The notes beneath the pieces are model-generated. The model was not told the origin of the DNA, ran no database searches, and was given only the letters and a program-made list of their open reading frames with translations. The position numbers were made by a program, and so were the translations under genes. Positions 23,791-35,637 of a DNA stretch of 64,000 nt are shown here, one piece after another (the first letter of the stretch is position 1; every line of letters begins with the position of its first letter). Source of the DNA: Rhodosorus marinus CCMP1338 (lineage: Eukaryota > Plantae > Rhodophyta); the NCBI GenBank assembly GCA_029953675.1, contig JAMWBK010000006.1:1426001-1490000 (forward strand). Reading direction: 5' to 3'.

Positions 23791-25410
23791 ATGTTTGGGT
23801 TTGTTGGATTGGGTGGTTCGGCGTGTGGTAGCAGGAACAGGAAGCTAGCGATCTGCCGTCAGGTGGTTCCGAGGGCGCCTTTAGATGATGGGAGCGTTCC
23901 GGAAGGGCACCGGGGGCTGCACGATGCGTTGTACAGTGGCGGAGCTGAGGCAGAGCACGGCAGCGGGTCCGATGTTCGGCAGCAGGCGATCAGCTTTGAG
24001 CAGGAGGAAGTATATGAGTATGAAGAGGCGGTTCAAATGATGGCGGGTGCGAAAGTTGCTGGAGTTTATGCTGTTCAGGATACTGATTATGAAGTGATGT
24101 TCGTCGGGATTACGCGAGATGTCAAGGCGAGTTTGCGTGCGCACAGGTACGAATTTTTTCTTCCGGGGTTGAGCTTGTCTGGAGCTTGCGCACTCAGCTT
24201 TGCGTGAGCCCCTGGGCAACCCGTCCGACAGTATATGGTACTGAGCAAGGTTTTTGTTGTCGTAAAAACAGGACTGCCTTGGGGGAGGACAAGACTAGAT
24301 ATGTTCAAATTGAATCAGTGGGATTTCCTAGCCGAGATGAGATGGAGTCCATACGAAACGAGTGGATTGAAGATCTTGGAGAAGTTCCCCCAGGAAACGG
24401 CACAGACAACGCTTTGTGGATTTCGTCGGTGAGTTCTGAAGAATGTTGGTGCTGCTGGAGTCGACCCCTTCGCTGTTTTTTTACATTTAGATTTCTGAAC
24501 TTTCTCAAATTTCTTTCTCGTAGCTTAAGCAGGCCTCAAAGACGGGCATGACTAGCGATGAACAGAAAGAGTATGCCACTAAGAAGTCAAAGCTGCAGAA
24601 AGCGATGGCCGTGATCGAAGAAGATGAACCGTTGAACTCTGATTCGATGCGGAGAGCGGTCGAAGATGATGACTGGAGTGCTGCTGTTGATGAACAAACG
24701 AAAGAAACAATTGCAGCCGAGCCAGAGAGTGTTATTGTGAGCCCCTTCGCGAAGGAGTCGGCTACCGTGGACACCACAGCCGCAGTAAAAGAACTCAACA
24801 TGGAGAATTGTAATTTAGTGCTCGACGAGGTAAGGGCTCACGGGAATGGAGCTAATCATGGCCGGGTCTAGAACCTGATGAACGAATTTTTTGAATCGAG
24901 CAGGTTCGGCCCTACCTCGTTGCTGACGGTGGAAATGTCAGGGTTTTGAAAGTGGACGACGGAGACGTGCAAGTGCTTCTCGAGGGAGCATGCGGTAGCT
25001 GTCCAAGCTCGACAACGACTATGAAGCTCGGAATAGAGAAGGTCCTGCAAGAGAACTTTGTGGATTTCAAGAGCGTTTCGGCAGTTTCTGACGTCGCGGA
25101 TGCGCTTGGCTCAGAGTTGACCGTCGGTAAGTCAGCATCGGGCTTCTATGTTCGTCGACCTGACCTATGATTTTTACCCCAACGACATGCCAAACGCTGA
25201 CTGGAACGTATCTTCGCAGAACTCTGCGACCACGTCCTGGAACAAGTCCGACCGGCGATTGTAGGTCTGGGTGGGGTGGTGAAAGTGCTCAAAGCAGAGG
25301 ACGAGACGATCGAATTGCAGTATACTGGACCCGAGAAACTCGCATATGGGATCGAGCTGATGCTTAGAGACAAGTTTCCGAACGTGAAGGAGATTGAATT
25401 CAAGGGGTAG
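23791..25410 (+). CDS. NFU: Plastid NFU-type Fe-S cluster carrier with N-terminal GIY-YIG-like domain
   Basis: Transit peptide; AGVYAVQD..FVGITRDV..WIEDLGEVPPGN; VRPYLVADGGNV..GACGSCPSSTTTMKLGIE; second NifU-C domain lacking CxxC. Confidence 0.92.
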
Positions 25411-25662
25411 AAAACTTAGCCCCAGACTAACGTATATCTATTCTGTTCTAATGCGGTTTCGGGTTCTGTTTAATCTAGAACTTAAATGCAGATCCCTAGC
25501 GTCGACCAGACGCGTCTCAAGAGCCTCATCACCTTGAGAAAACGTTCTATGGACGGAGAGGTCCTTAATCATTGGGACCGTTGCTCACGTTTACTTGTAA
25601 GAGTCATGAGATATAATCGATAAATAAGTTAGTAGTCCTCAGCTTTGCCATTGACGTCCAGT

Positions 25663-27518
25663 CTAGTGGGAATGCGCGGTCCTATTCGGTATGTAACCGC
25701 CCACGTTTTGCGATGGAACTCTGTCAAAAACTGCTAGCATCTCCACGTGATTTGAACCTGGGAAAAACAGGTGCGCTTCCGCGTGCACCGCAGTCCAGCC
25801 ACCGAGGAGCAGCCGCTCCGCATCTTTTTGGAAGGCCTCCTGCCCACAACTGACGTAGATAAAGCGAGAAGGGTTGGGTTTTCCAGGGGCGCAGAGAAGT
25901 TCCAGAAATTGAAAATCAAGTCCCTGCCGTGGGGGATCGGCGATAGCAATATCACAGTCGAGGAGCCTGTCCCTCAGAGCTGCTGCTGTTCCGACCTCGA
26001 AGCTGGTGACATCAGCTACATCATTAGGGAGCTTTGCCCAAGACTGTTGAAACGCGTCCTCAGAGAGCTTGTTGAGCTCAGTGCAGAGCAGTGTCCTGAG
26101 CCTTCTCCGGCTAGCTATTGCCAGTCCAATGGCGCCCACCCCAGCACAGAACTGGGCGAAGGATTGACAACAACACACTTGGGCGTGAGTCAATACGATC
26201 TTGCTTTCCCTTCTAATCCTTGTCTCCTTTTTTCGCTGCTTTGGCTCACCTCCACTACTCTTGAGTCGTCAGGTACAAACTTGACCAGCGACTCCAAAAG
26301 TCTCTCGAAAGCGCTCAAATTTGCTTGCCTGAAAGCAGACGGCAGGAAGAACACGGTAGCATCCAGAACTGTTTCTCTCAACATCCGCTCTCCACGGATT
26401 AATTTCCACCGATTGGGTTCCGCAGCGAGAACGGTATTTCCCGACGAAACGTTGAGATTGAGCCATATTGAATGTAACTTCAGCTCCTGTCGTCTCATCC
26501 AGAGCTCCTTTACGACTCGTCCGGCCCCAGGATTTGATTGCTTCACAGTAGATGCATTCCAAACGAGAGTGACGCTCACCAATCCTGCATAGGCAAATGT
26601 GATTTTGATCTGTCTCAGTGAGCTTCAGCTGTGAATCCAAGCTTTGCTTCTCTCACGCGTCCAGAGCAGACAGAAACTGACCCGTGGTCCTCTCGACGAG
26701 GAGGTGCACGTATCGAAGCATTCCAGACCTAGTCCTCTCATCGTAAGGTTCGACCCGCATTTTTTCTGCCGCATCCTTTATCGCAGCTAGCACAATGTTG
26801 ACCTGCGGGTAATGAACGACACACCTAAGACAAACCGAGCAAAGTCAGAAAGTATTCCTGCACGGCTCCGATTTATCAGAAACACGTACTTTGGAATTTC
26901 GACGACATTGTGGGTACCCTTCTCATACAACCCGAACGCAAGCTTCCTTCCCGCTTTGCGAACGGCCAGCCTTGCTGTGGTCCTCCATCCGTGAATATCA
27001 CCAATCACTATGGGGACGGTTTCCAGCTTAAGCTTGTTCATAGCAAACCTCTGAGCTGACTTCAAAGCTGGTGTAGTGGTAAATTTCGACTCAATACTAC
27101 ACCCCGAGCACTTTGCAAAGTGCGAACAGTTCAAGTGCTCCCCTACAACATGTTTCCCGCTCCTGGACGCTTTCCCCTCTCCGGCCTTAGAACGCTCGAA
27201 CAGGTCCTTCTTAGTCTGTACATCTCGCCGTTCCTTAATCCTCAGCGCAACCGAACTACCAGCATCCCATTCATTACCACACTCAGAGCACTTCAACACG
27301 CCCTTTGGAAAAGGCAGGTTTACTAAATAACAAGTCGTACAAACCTCACATCGAAGATATCCCTTCCTGTCCACCGCGTGCTTCCCACCAACCTCCTCAA
27401 GTACCAGTTTCTTTCCACTTCTGTACGCAACACCTTCCACAGACTTGCAAACAACCTCACAAACTCTCCTCCTACCCATCCTGCTTCCACAGAACCCAAA
27501 GTTCCCCACAAACCCCAT
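25663..27518 (-). CDS. RlmD/TrmA-like RNA (uracil-5)-methyltransferase, organelle-targeted
   Basis: CSHFAKCSGC Fe-S motif, WRTTARLAVR, FCAGVGAIGL SAM motif, DPPRQGL, YVSCG catalytic Cys, FFPGSNHVE. Confidence 0.9.
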
Positions 27519-27937
27519 CGCTAAAACCATTCAGAAAAACTTTCTGGTCACTTCTTCAATCTCAATTGTTCGGACTTGCAAAACAACTTTCCCCGTACGC
27601 TCACAGACCTCCTCTAAGCCGCCTAGTTGCCACTACTACCACCCCTCCTCTTCTCAAAACAGACACGACTACTTCCCCGCTCACACGCTGCTACCAAACC
27701 CTCACTATCCAAAAAAACAAATACCCGCCCACCTTCATTAACTCATAATACAAAGTCTCTAAAGTTCCCGACCAAACGGTTGTTCAGCTAGTCTTGCCGA
27801 CCTTCTAAAGGACGACCTCCAGACTTCTCCTTCCGAAAGAAAAAAACCAAAAACCAACAAAATCGAAACAATCTCACCAACGTCCTCACCAACAACCCAA
27901 AACAAGGCTCAACCCACCACCTTGAAGTTGCTGTCCA

Positions 27938-29360
27938 ATGCCTTCCTGGATGGAAGTAGATTTTCATAAACTGAAGACCTGGCAGGTTCGAACAAGGTGA
28001 TACCAAAACAAGATTTTCATGTCTTCGCCGGTTTCTTGCTCCAGACTATATCGAAAGGTGCTTCCCCTAGGCCGTTCCGCCGGGGCAGCCGGTGCCCCGT
28101 CGTCGTCTCGGAGGATTCAACTGGGTTGTCCTGTATGGATGCCAGAAGGGTTGAAGACCGGGTTTAGGTCTGGAGAGAAAGCGAACTGATACAAGTGTTT
28201 TCCTATGAAAGTGTCCTCAGCTATTGTCTGACTTGTGAATAGGACCTGGTTCAAAACGAGCCTGCAGGGTGTTGTTGTCAAAACCGCGAGCGGGGTCTGA
28301 ATGTAAACATGAAGATGGCTGAGCATTAGAGACTAGGGAAAGAAAAGCGTTGCTTTTGCGAGAGAGCGGGCAACAAAAGGCGCAAGCAAGTGAACCTCGA
28401 CTGCCGAGACGCTTCTATGAATGATACCAGGACACAGCTTTTACCGGCCTCCGGACAAGGACCAAGTTGGTTCCGTCCTGGCGCAGAGTTTTGTCCACAT
28501 CAAATCCTGTACGTGTCTTGACTTGGGCTTTTTAGGGAATACGAACATCATAGAAATTTTTAGGCGCAGGTCCGCGTGGAAGCTAAGCCAAGATGTTTGT
28601 TTCCGTCCCAAGCGGAAAGATCTTTTTTTTTTTGTTTCAGCTTCATGTGGGTTTCACCGCACCCAGTCTGGGATTTTCGAGATCGCGATTTTCGGACCTC
28701 GTCTCGTGCATCATAGAAGACTAAAGACTGAGGTTCGATTGCGAGATGCACAGCCCGGACGACCCTCAATCAAGAACGTTCTGATCACTTCGCTTCTGTA
28801 CTGAAAAAGGCAGAAACTTGTGGCTGGCTGGATTTATCAGTGAGCGTTGTCGCACCAAATCCGTCTTGGGCGAAGTCAACTGAAGCTCCCAGAACCAATC
28901 TAGATGGGTAAATCGCCTAGGTCTTGTTCATTAAACTTTTGTAGAGAATATCGTCGGTTGTCGCAAGCTACAAAGCCTTCGTGAAGCCGCCCTCTAGTGC
29001 GAAGGCAGAACCGTCCTTCGAAAAGTCCTACTTGCCTGTAAGTTCCACGAAAGCAACTTCCGCGGATGAGCTCGACTCCAACGGGATGCATCTCAATGTG
29101 CCTGGCATAGTGAGGAGTCCCTATATCCGGAAACTCAACGCCCAAACGCCAAAATGAGCACAGCGGCGAATTTATCACTCCTAGGTCGAGCCGAAGCTCG
29201 CGCCCGGATACTTGGTGCAGATGAGTTGTAAAGCGCTCATCAACAGGCGGATCCTCATCGAGCTCTGTCAAATCGAGTGGACTCCACGAAGCCTGGGTGC
29301 GCAAACCCAGCTGTCGAACATCTCTATTAGCCGTGCACTAGTTAGAAGTCTTTGGAGCTG
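27938..29360 (+). CDS. Probable multi-exon hypothetical gene; strand and exons unresolved
   Basis: ATG 27938 MPSWMEVDFHKLKTWQ|GTTCG; several plus-strand donors and polyT acceptors (e.g. about 28620-28640). Minus-strand frames are also partly protein-like. Confidence 0.3.
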
Positions 29361-29453
29361 AACCGCAAAAAAACTGCTGCTTGCGTCACATCGTCTTCAG
29401 GAAGACATCTTCGGCGGGTCACAGAGCGGCAGCGAATGTGCCCAAGGATGTTC

Positions 29454-30896
29454 TCAGCCGGCTTCAGGCGGGAGGAGGCGTTCGATATCTGGTCGTCAGA
29501 AGCAGCGAATCAGACCGTAAGAAAAATGCAGTTAAAAGAAAGAGAGCGAGAAAACATTTCAAGGACTTACGCGCCAGGTCTCCAGTGGTTCGCGACGCCC
29601 ACACAGTACAGTAATGCTCCAGAATGAGTTCAAACTCTTCAATTTCGTCCAAGGGCTCTAGTCTGTTGGTCCTGATCTTTTCAGATGCGCTTACGAATCT
29701 GTGCGTCCAATAAGAAAAGTTGTATTAGCGTTTCCTGAACAAGTTTCACCATACAGATAAGCTCAAGGACGAGCAAGACGAGAATTCTCCCTGTCAAAGC
29801 GTCCTGAAGAGATTCGGCGTACTTCGAATAGTACTCTAGCATTGACATCGCCGCGACCGCGTTGAAATTGAACTTCTGGAACCGTTCCTTCTGTGCTCGG
29901 ACACTTGGATACGCAACAAGTCCCATCAACGGACTTCCTCTTGCCTCAATGTTCTTAGTCATCTGTTTCCCGAACGGGTCTTCCGGTCCAACCTATTCAA
30001 ACGAGGCAGTAGAAATAATTAATTCCGTTGCTTCATTCGAAAAACGAGCACCACTGAGTCCGCTTGAGCCCTTTTGAGTAGTCCTACTTGTTCAAAGTTG
30101 AAGAGCAAGAGCTCGGCAAAGCTGCTAGACAGGTAGCTGAGGACTGCGTCGCTGTACTTCGGCTCCATATAGATGAGGACTAACTCGCAGATAACAAGCG
30201 TCGGCTTTTTCAGATTGAAACCAGCAACCTCCTCGGTAACGCGTTTAAAGTCTTCAACTAGGCGTAAATCGACTCCGGCGAGTATATACTGATCAGTCTT
30301 TGCGCCTGCAGCGGACGAGGTGATCGATGTTCAGGAAACGCAAATCGACAGGAGATTTTCCACGATTTCGTCCTTACCACATGCGTTGGTGAGTTGGGTT
30401 AGGTCTGCTCTGAGAGCCGTCCGTAGTTCAGGGTTTGTGCGGATAATCTCAACTTTCTTGGAAATCACACTATCATAGTCGACGTCCAGAAAACGATCTC
30501 CTTCTTGGAGCAAACCTTTCCTCTGTAGCTGAAAGTAGAGAGAGTCGAAGCCAGATCCAAGAGAAACAATCTGACGGCAGGAGTTCTCTCGATAGGTCTC
30601 CAGAAATCTGTAAACGCTGTCGTAAACAGCCTGGACTCGAACCCAAGTGCCCCGGTTAATCAAGGGCGATTTTCTCGACCCCGTGCGTGCAAAGTAGCGA
30701 ACGAAGGGATCCTCATAGTAACCCCTAGAGAGAAAAGAGACCAAAAGCGTTCAGAAAAACGCGGGACAGAATTTCAAACAGGAAACAGGCCCACAGCGCA
30801 CACGCACAGCGCTTACCTTGCTACAGTATTAATCTTTGTAGTCTGTGCGTCGTCATTCGTTGCTTGCACTGCAGCGTCGTGCTCAAATAAATCCAT
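29454..30896 (-). CDS. LCMT1: Leucine carboxyl methyltransferase 1 (PP2A methyltransferase)
   Basis: DAAVQATNDDA..K; GYYEDPF; SPLINRGTWVR; QIVSLGSGFDSLYF; LDEIEEFELILEHYCTVWA. Final intron starts GTAAGT near 29570. Confidence 0.93.
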
Positions 30897-31609
30897 CTCA
30901 CCCAGAGCCGAAACGAGAGGACGGCACATACAGTCTCCAACAAGTCGACCAGTGCTCGAGCTCTTCAGCTCACCAACACGGAGGGCTTATGCAACACCAG
31001 AGAGATGGAAGCTATCCATCGGGGGATACTGGACCCAGTAGTGCTGAAGGATTCCAACTCATGAGCTTGACTTCCAACCTTCCAGGATCCTCCTATACAA
31101 CTATCGGACGCGCGTGGGGTCCCAAGGCAAGTTCATACATAACCAGTCCATGCTATCCAGGCTGATGTCCCCGTTGATGGAGACTGCTGGAGAGCACTCA
31201 GGGCTAGCTCGCTTGGTTGAATATCGTAACAAGGAGTGGATGCATGAGCGAGTTTTGGAATGAAGCAGCACTACTTGATGACTACATCCACACCATTTCG
31301 ATTCAACTGGTCAGTGCTTGTCCGGAATGGGAAAATGCCGGCTTCGAAAGGAATTTCCGAGTGAGGGAACTTTCTCCCCCTGGATAGTGAGGTCTGGTCC
31401 AGATGCATTTTTTTTTTTTGGCTGAAGTTCAAGGACGCCAACGAGCGCAAAAATGCTTTGAAAGCTCAAGTTTCCTTTGTTTTTTTGTCTATTAGAATTT
31501 GCAACCTAGTTTTATTACGTATCGGCACTGTTAAAGTTTGGGCTAGTAAGCTTCGAATACAAAAGTCAAAAGGTAGACGTCGGCTACCTTGAAACAAGGC
31601 CGCGTAGAG

Positions 31610-32695
31610 CTAGGATTTCAAAAAGGATGCCGAATCCGTGACCATTCCTTCGTTGTACAAGGCGGCGAGCTCGTCCTTAATTTCGTCCCAGCTACCGCCC
31701 GCGGCATAAGTGTAGTCCATGAGGTACGCCGCGCGATCGAGAGCCACTTGTTCCTTGGGCTTTCCGTCCTTTATCTCATTCTCTCTCATATCCTCAGCCA
31801 GCCTCTTAAAGATCTTCCGCAAGCTTGTTTCGTCCTGGTAACCGGCAATCTGGCCCATCTCCTGCAAATTATCTCCTAGGGTCCACAGCGGAAGTTGAAG
31901 AGCATACCTAGCTGCATCGCGTGCCTCGGAGTTGCGGTTAAATCTCTGCAAAAGTCGCGAATGAAAGCAGTGCCCTCTAGCCCACCCTGGAAAAGCAACT
32001 CCCGATCTCTCCGCACAGACGAGCGCGCTCTGGGTATCACCCTGTTTGGTCAAGAACAGCATGGCCATTCAGATTCTCAGCTAGATTCGAAGACGTGAGT
32101 ATTCCCTCAGCAATACGAGCTTGAAAAGTTTTGGAAGACAAACCTTGATTTCATGGAACCTGGTCAGCCCCTCGTAGATATCTGGGAAAGGACCAATTTT
32201 CAGAATGATGTATCTTTCCAAGCCGAACCCTAAGCTTTCGACTTCTCCCTCGCCAATTTGGAGCTCCTCTGGAACTGAAACATCTGCAGGCTTTGCAGCA
32301 GAATCAAGCTCGGCCATGTGCCTCTTGATGAAGTTCTCTGCTCCAGTTGACAGCAAGGTAAGACCCATTTCACCTTTCGCATTCCTGACAATTGGCACTT
32401 CCATGTCCGGTGGCGGAGTTGGCCATCGCAAAAATCCAGTTGTACCCTCCTCATCGCTGCTGATCGGGATTAGGAACGGATGCAGTCCAGCGCGTTTCGA
32501 CGGATCGCCTATTTTTTCACCTTTTGCCTCCAACACATCCAGCAGCGAGCGCAGGTACTTTGGAGCTTTTAGATTCGCAACGATCTCCAAATATTCCGAG
32601 AATATAGCCTCATTCGAAGCACATAAAGCTGTCCGATCCTGCCTCTGCAATCGGCACCTCCCGCCGCTAATCCCAACACCCACAAATCCAACCAT
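31610..32695 (-). CDS. PAB: PAB-like protein (protein in chloroplast ATPase biogenesis), 2 exons
   Basis: Transit peptide MVGFVG; RAGLHPFLIPIS; GFLRWPTP; GPFPDIYE; ALVCAER..FPGWAR; EARDAARYALQLPLWTLG; QVALDRAAYLMD. Confidence 0.8.
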
Positions 32696-33945
32696 CTTGT
32701 GACCCCAACCCCCTCAACCCCACACAGGTCCGGCAAAAACCAAAAAAACAAAAAAATCTCTCAAACAAAGCCCGCAATGTCTTTACCCTCACACCCTAGA
32801 AAAGAATCCTCCCTCAAACCACGTCGATCTCCTTCCCTCTCTCTGCTCATCATCATCAACCTCTAGTAGAGACAACCGATCCACAGATGAAAAAAAGCCT
32901 CCTCATTAAGTATTCGTTGGCCTTCTTCCCCGTCCTCAAATCTCTGTGGACATCGTTCCCCACGGCAACCCAATTTCTACTCAAATATACCAAAAACGTT
33001 TTTAATTCAATCATTGTATTTCACCTAATACAGTTATTTTTTATTCATATGTTGAGACTTAATACTAAAATCCAAATAAAATAGTGATATTCAATCTAGT
33101 ATTGCTTGATTATAGCCATTCAAAGTTGGTTTTTGGAAATATTTAAACTCATTGATATATAAAATTAGTTATTTTCTTTTTTCTTACGTAAGGTATTTAG
33201 TAATGTTTTAGTGTTTTGGCCTTTTTTTTCAAGTGAGTATAAACTACTCTAATTCATTTTTGAGTTGGTTAGGGTTTTGGGGTTTATTCGGACTGTATGA
33301 TCGGTGGCCTGGTTGCGGTGTTTTCGGTGATGGACGCAGACGTCTTCTTTGGTGAGTATTTTGTGCGCCGCAAATCGTTATTTCTATGAAAATACAAGCT
33401 GAAGGTATTTCTTGATTTCCAACAGCGCGCAGTTTCTGGTTGCTAAGAAAGTCCCTGGCCCCCAAATTCCTGACTGCTCACGTTTCGTCTTACCTGCAGA
33501 GAATGACGGGACTATCCAATGCTTTTGGAGCAGAAAGGCGTTCCTGAAAGTGACAGTCAGCATTAAACCAGTTGTCACTTTCCAAAACGACGACAAAAAA
33601 GCTTGCGTCGACTTTCCAAAATGCAATATTGCAGTAGGCTTAGCTCGAATGGAAAGCATTCTTCCAAGAGTATGCCCAAGCACGATCCTACCTCACCCGT
33701 ACCAATCCTAGGGATATCCCTATCCTCAAGAAGGCATCAAGGTCAGACTAGTCTCAGTCCCCCACAGGCTAACGCGATCTCTAAAACTCGAAGAAAAAGC
33801 TGAAAGAAAACAAAAACAACATAAAAACGGTGCAAACCTAGATCAATCAAAATATTAACAATGATTGACTAGCAGAAAACCTCCCAAAATACGAGTACTT
33901 CTGGAAATATTCCTAAAATAGAATAAAACACAGTAAGAGGTCAAT

Positions 33946-34104
33946 CCAATCAAGATAGTCAATCATTATCCTCCTCAACGCGAACGAAAAAGCCTCTCCG
34001 AGTGCATTATCCAATGAGCGAGTGAAGGTTTATACTTTAACCAATGAACGACGATATCTAATACTTTTTCATTTTTTATGTTTTCTTTGACTCACTATGA
34101 TTGG
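33946..34104. promoter_or_regulatory. CCAAT-box cluster (4 boxes) upstream of the TspO gene
   Basis: CCAAT at 33946, 34011, 34041 and ATTGG at 34100. Confidence 0.55.
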
Positions 34105-34578
34105 CTAGAGCCATCGGATATCAATATATCGTGTACGAATGTTAGTATCTTTTCTTGCGTTGGAAACTTCTTCTTGTACTAAGAAGAATACTTGGTTTTT
34201 ATTTTCTTCAGACGAGATAGTGGTACGAGCTAGACCTAGACGGAGGGGAGGAAATGTGTACTATACGTACTAAATTTGTTGTCTGGTTGTTTTTGTTTTT
34301 GTTTTTGGTTGAGAGAGCGTAGAAAAGGTGTGTTTTGGGTTGGTGAGGGAGGTGGCGGCGGATTGATATGGGATTTCTGGGACTTGTTGGAAAGCGGGGG
34401 TGGGGGCAGAGATGATGGGCGAGATATAGAGTACAGGGGTACATGTAAATTAGGGGTTGGATGGATCGGGTGTAGAGAAAACTCACCGAGAAGGCAGTGT
34501 TGGTCTTACTCATTAGTTTGTGTTTGACGGGACATCCCGGGGGGGGGAGGGGGAGGTCGGGTTTGTTTTGCGGCGATA

Positions 34579-35388
34579 ATGGATCTGAGTTACGTTTTCG
34601 TGCACTCTGGAGCGGAGATTGTGCTTCTTTGGCTTTGTCTAGTGGGACTGGCGCTGCTGCAGAATTCTGTTGTGGAGCCTGGTTTGAATGCGGTGTGGCC
34701 GGAGGAGTGGACAATTAAACCGGGGTTCATAACTGTGTCGCAGGTTGATAAGTTCAATTGGGTTTCGTTTCTTCTCTGGCTCACTGTGAACTTGTTCTCA
34801 TCGTTTGTACTTCATCTGCCGACTTTGTGGACCCGAAGGGTTCAAGTTAGACGGCCGCTGCAGCCTTTGGACCCCAAATGGTATGACAGCTTGAAGAAAC
34901 CGTTTTGGAATCCGTCCAACCTGTTCTTCCCGCTGGCATGGGTGCCGGCTAAGCTTCTGAAGTCTGTGGTTAATGCAATGATGTGGGAGGTGTGTGGGAG
35001 GAGAGTTTACGCGCTTCCTATACTCAGCTACATCACTTGTGTTGTTGTGGCTGACCTGTGGAACCAAGTTTTCTTTGTTCAACACGACTTGAGCGGGTCG
35101 GTTGCTGTGATTTGGATGCTGAATATATTGGAATGGGCTAACTTCTTAGCAACAGAGTACTATTTGCACGGAGCTCATCAACTACTGTACCCGCTTCTGT
35201 TTGCCCTTCTGTTTGCGGCAGCATTGGCAACTCATATTGCAATTTTGAACCCGGCGGCGTTTAAAAGACAGGAATTGACTGCAAAAGTGCTTTCGACCAC
35301 TGAACCATTGGAAGGGAAGCACGAAGTTCATGCAAAGGCGGATAAGAACCTCACGCATGCTCCTTCGTTTGTAACACATTCGGCATGA
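34579..35388 (+). CDS. TspO/MBR family membrane protein, single exon
   Basis: PKWYDSLKKPFWNPS..FPLAW; LWNQVFFVQHDL; hydrophobic helices. Confidence 0.85.
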   Translation: MDLSYVFVHSGAEIVLLWLCLVGLALLQNSVVEPGLNAVWPEEWTIKPGFITVSQVDKFNWVSFLLWLTVNLFSSFVLHLPTLWTRRVQVRRPLQPLDPKWYDSLKKPFWNPSNLFFPLAWVPAKLLKSVVNAMMWEVCGRRVYALPILSYITCVVVADLWNQVFFVQHDLSGSVAVIWMLNILEWANFLATEYYLHGAHQLLYPLLFALLFAAALATHIAILNPAAFKRQELTAKVLSTTEPLEGKHEVHAKADKNLTHAPSFVTHSA

Positions 35389-35637
35389 TACGGTTTTATT
35401 TTTACGTGGGTTTCTAATGAAAGGCAGCGAAAGCAAAGAAAATAAAAATTTAACTTAATCCTCAGCGGAGCTCTGTAGATTCTCACCCATTGCTGGTGTT
35501 ATCTACTGTCATCCTCCTTCCGAACACCAGTGAGCACAGTAGAATTGGGTCCAAACCTCGCCTGCCAGAGCCTAGTTGAGGTTACGGGATACGGTCCCAG
35601 CACAGCCTGAAAAAATCCATCTTCATGGGTACGCCGC

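Noticed and set aside
29381-29614. Plus-strand ORF with an NLS-like KRKRARK tail overlapping LCMT1
   Set aside because: The basic stretch is the antisense of the pyrimidine-rich last intron of LCMT1 (GTAAGT..CTGAC..CAG).
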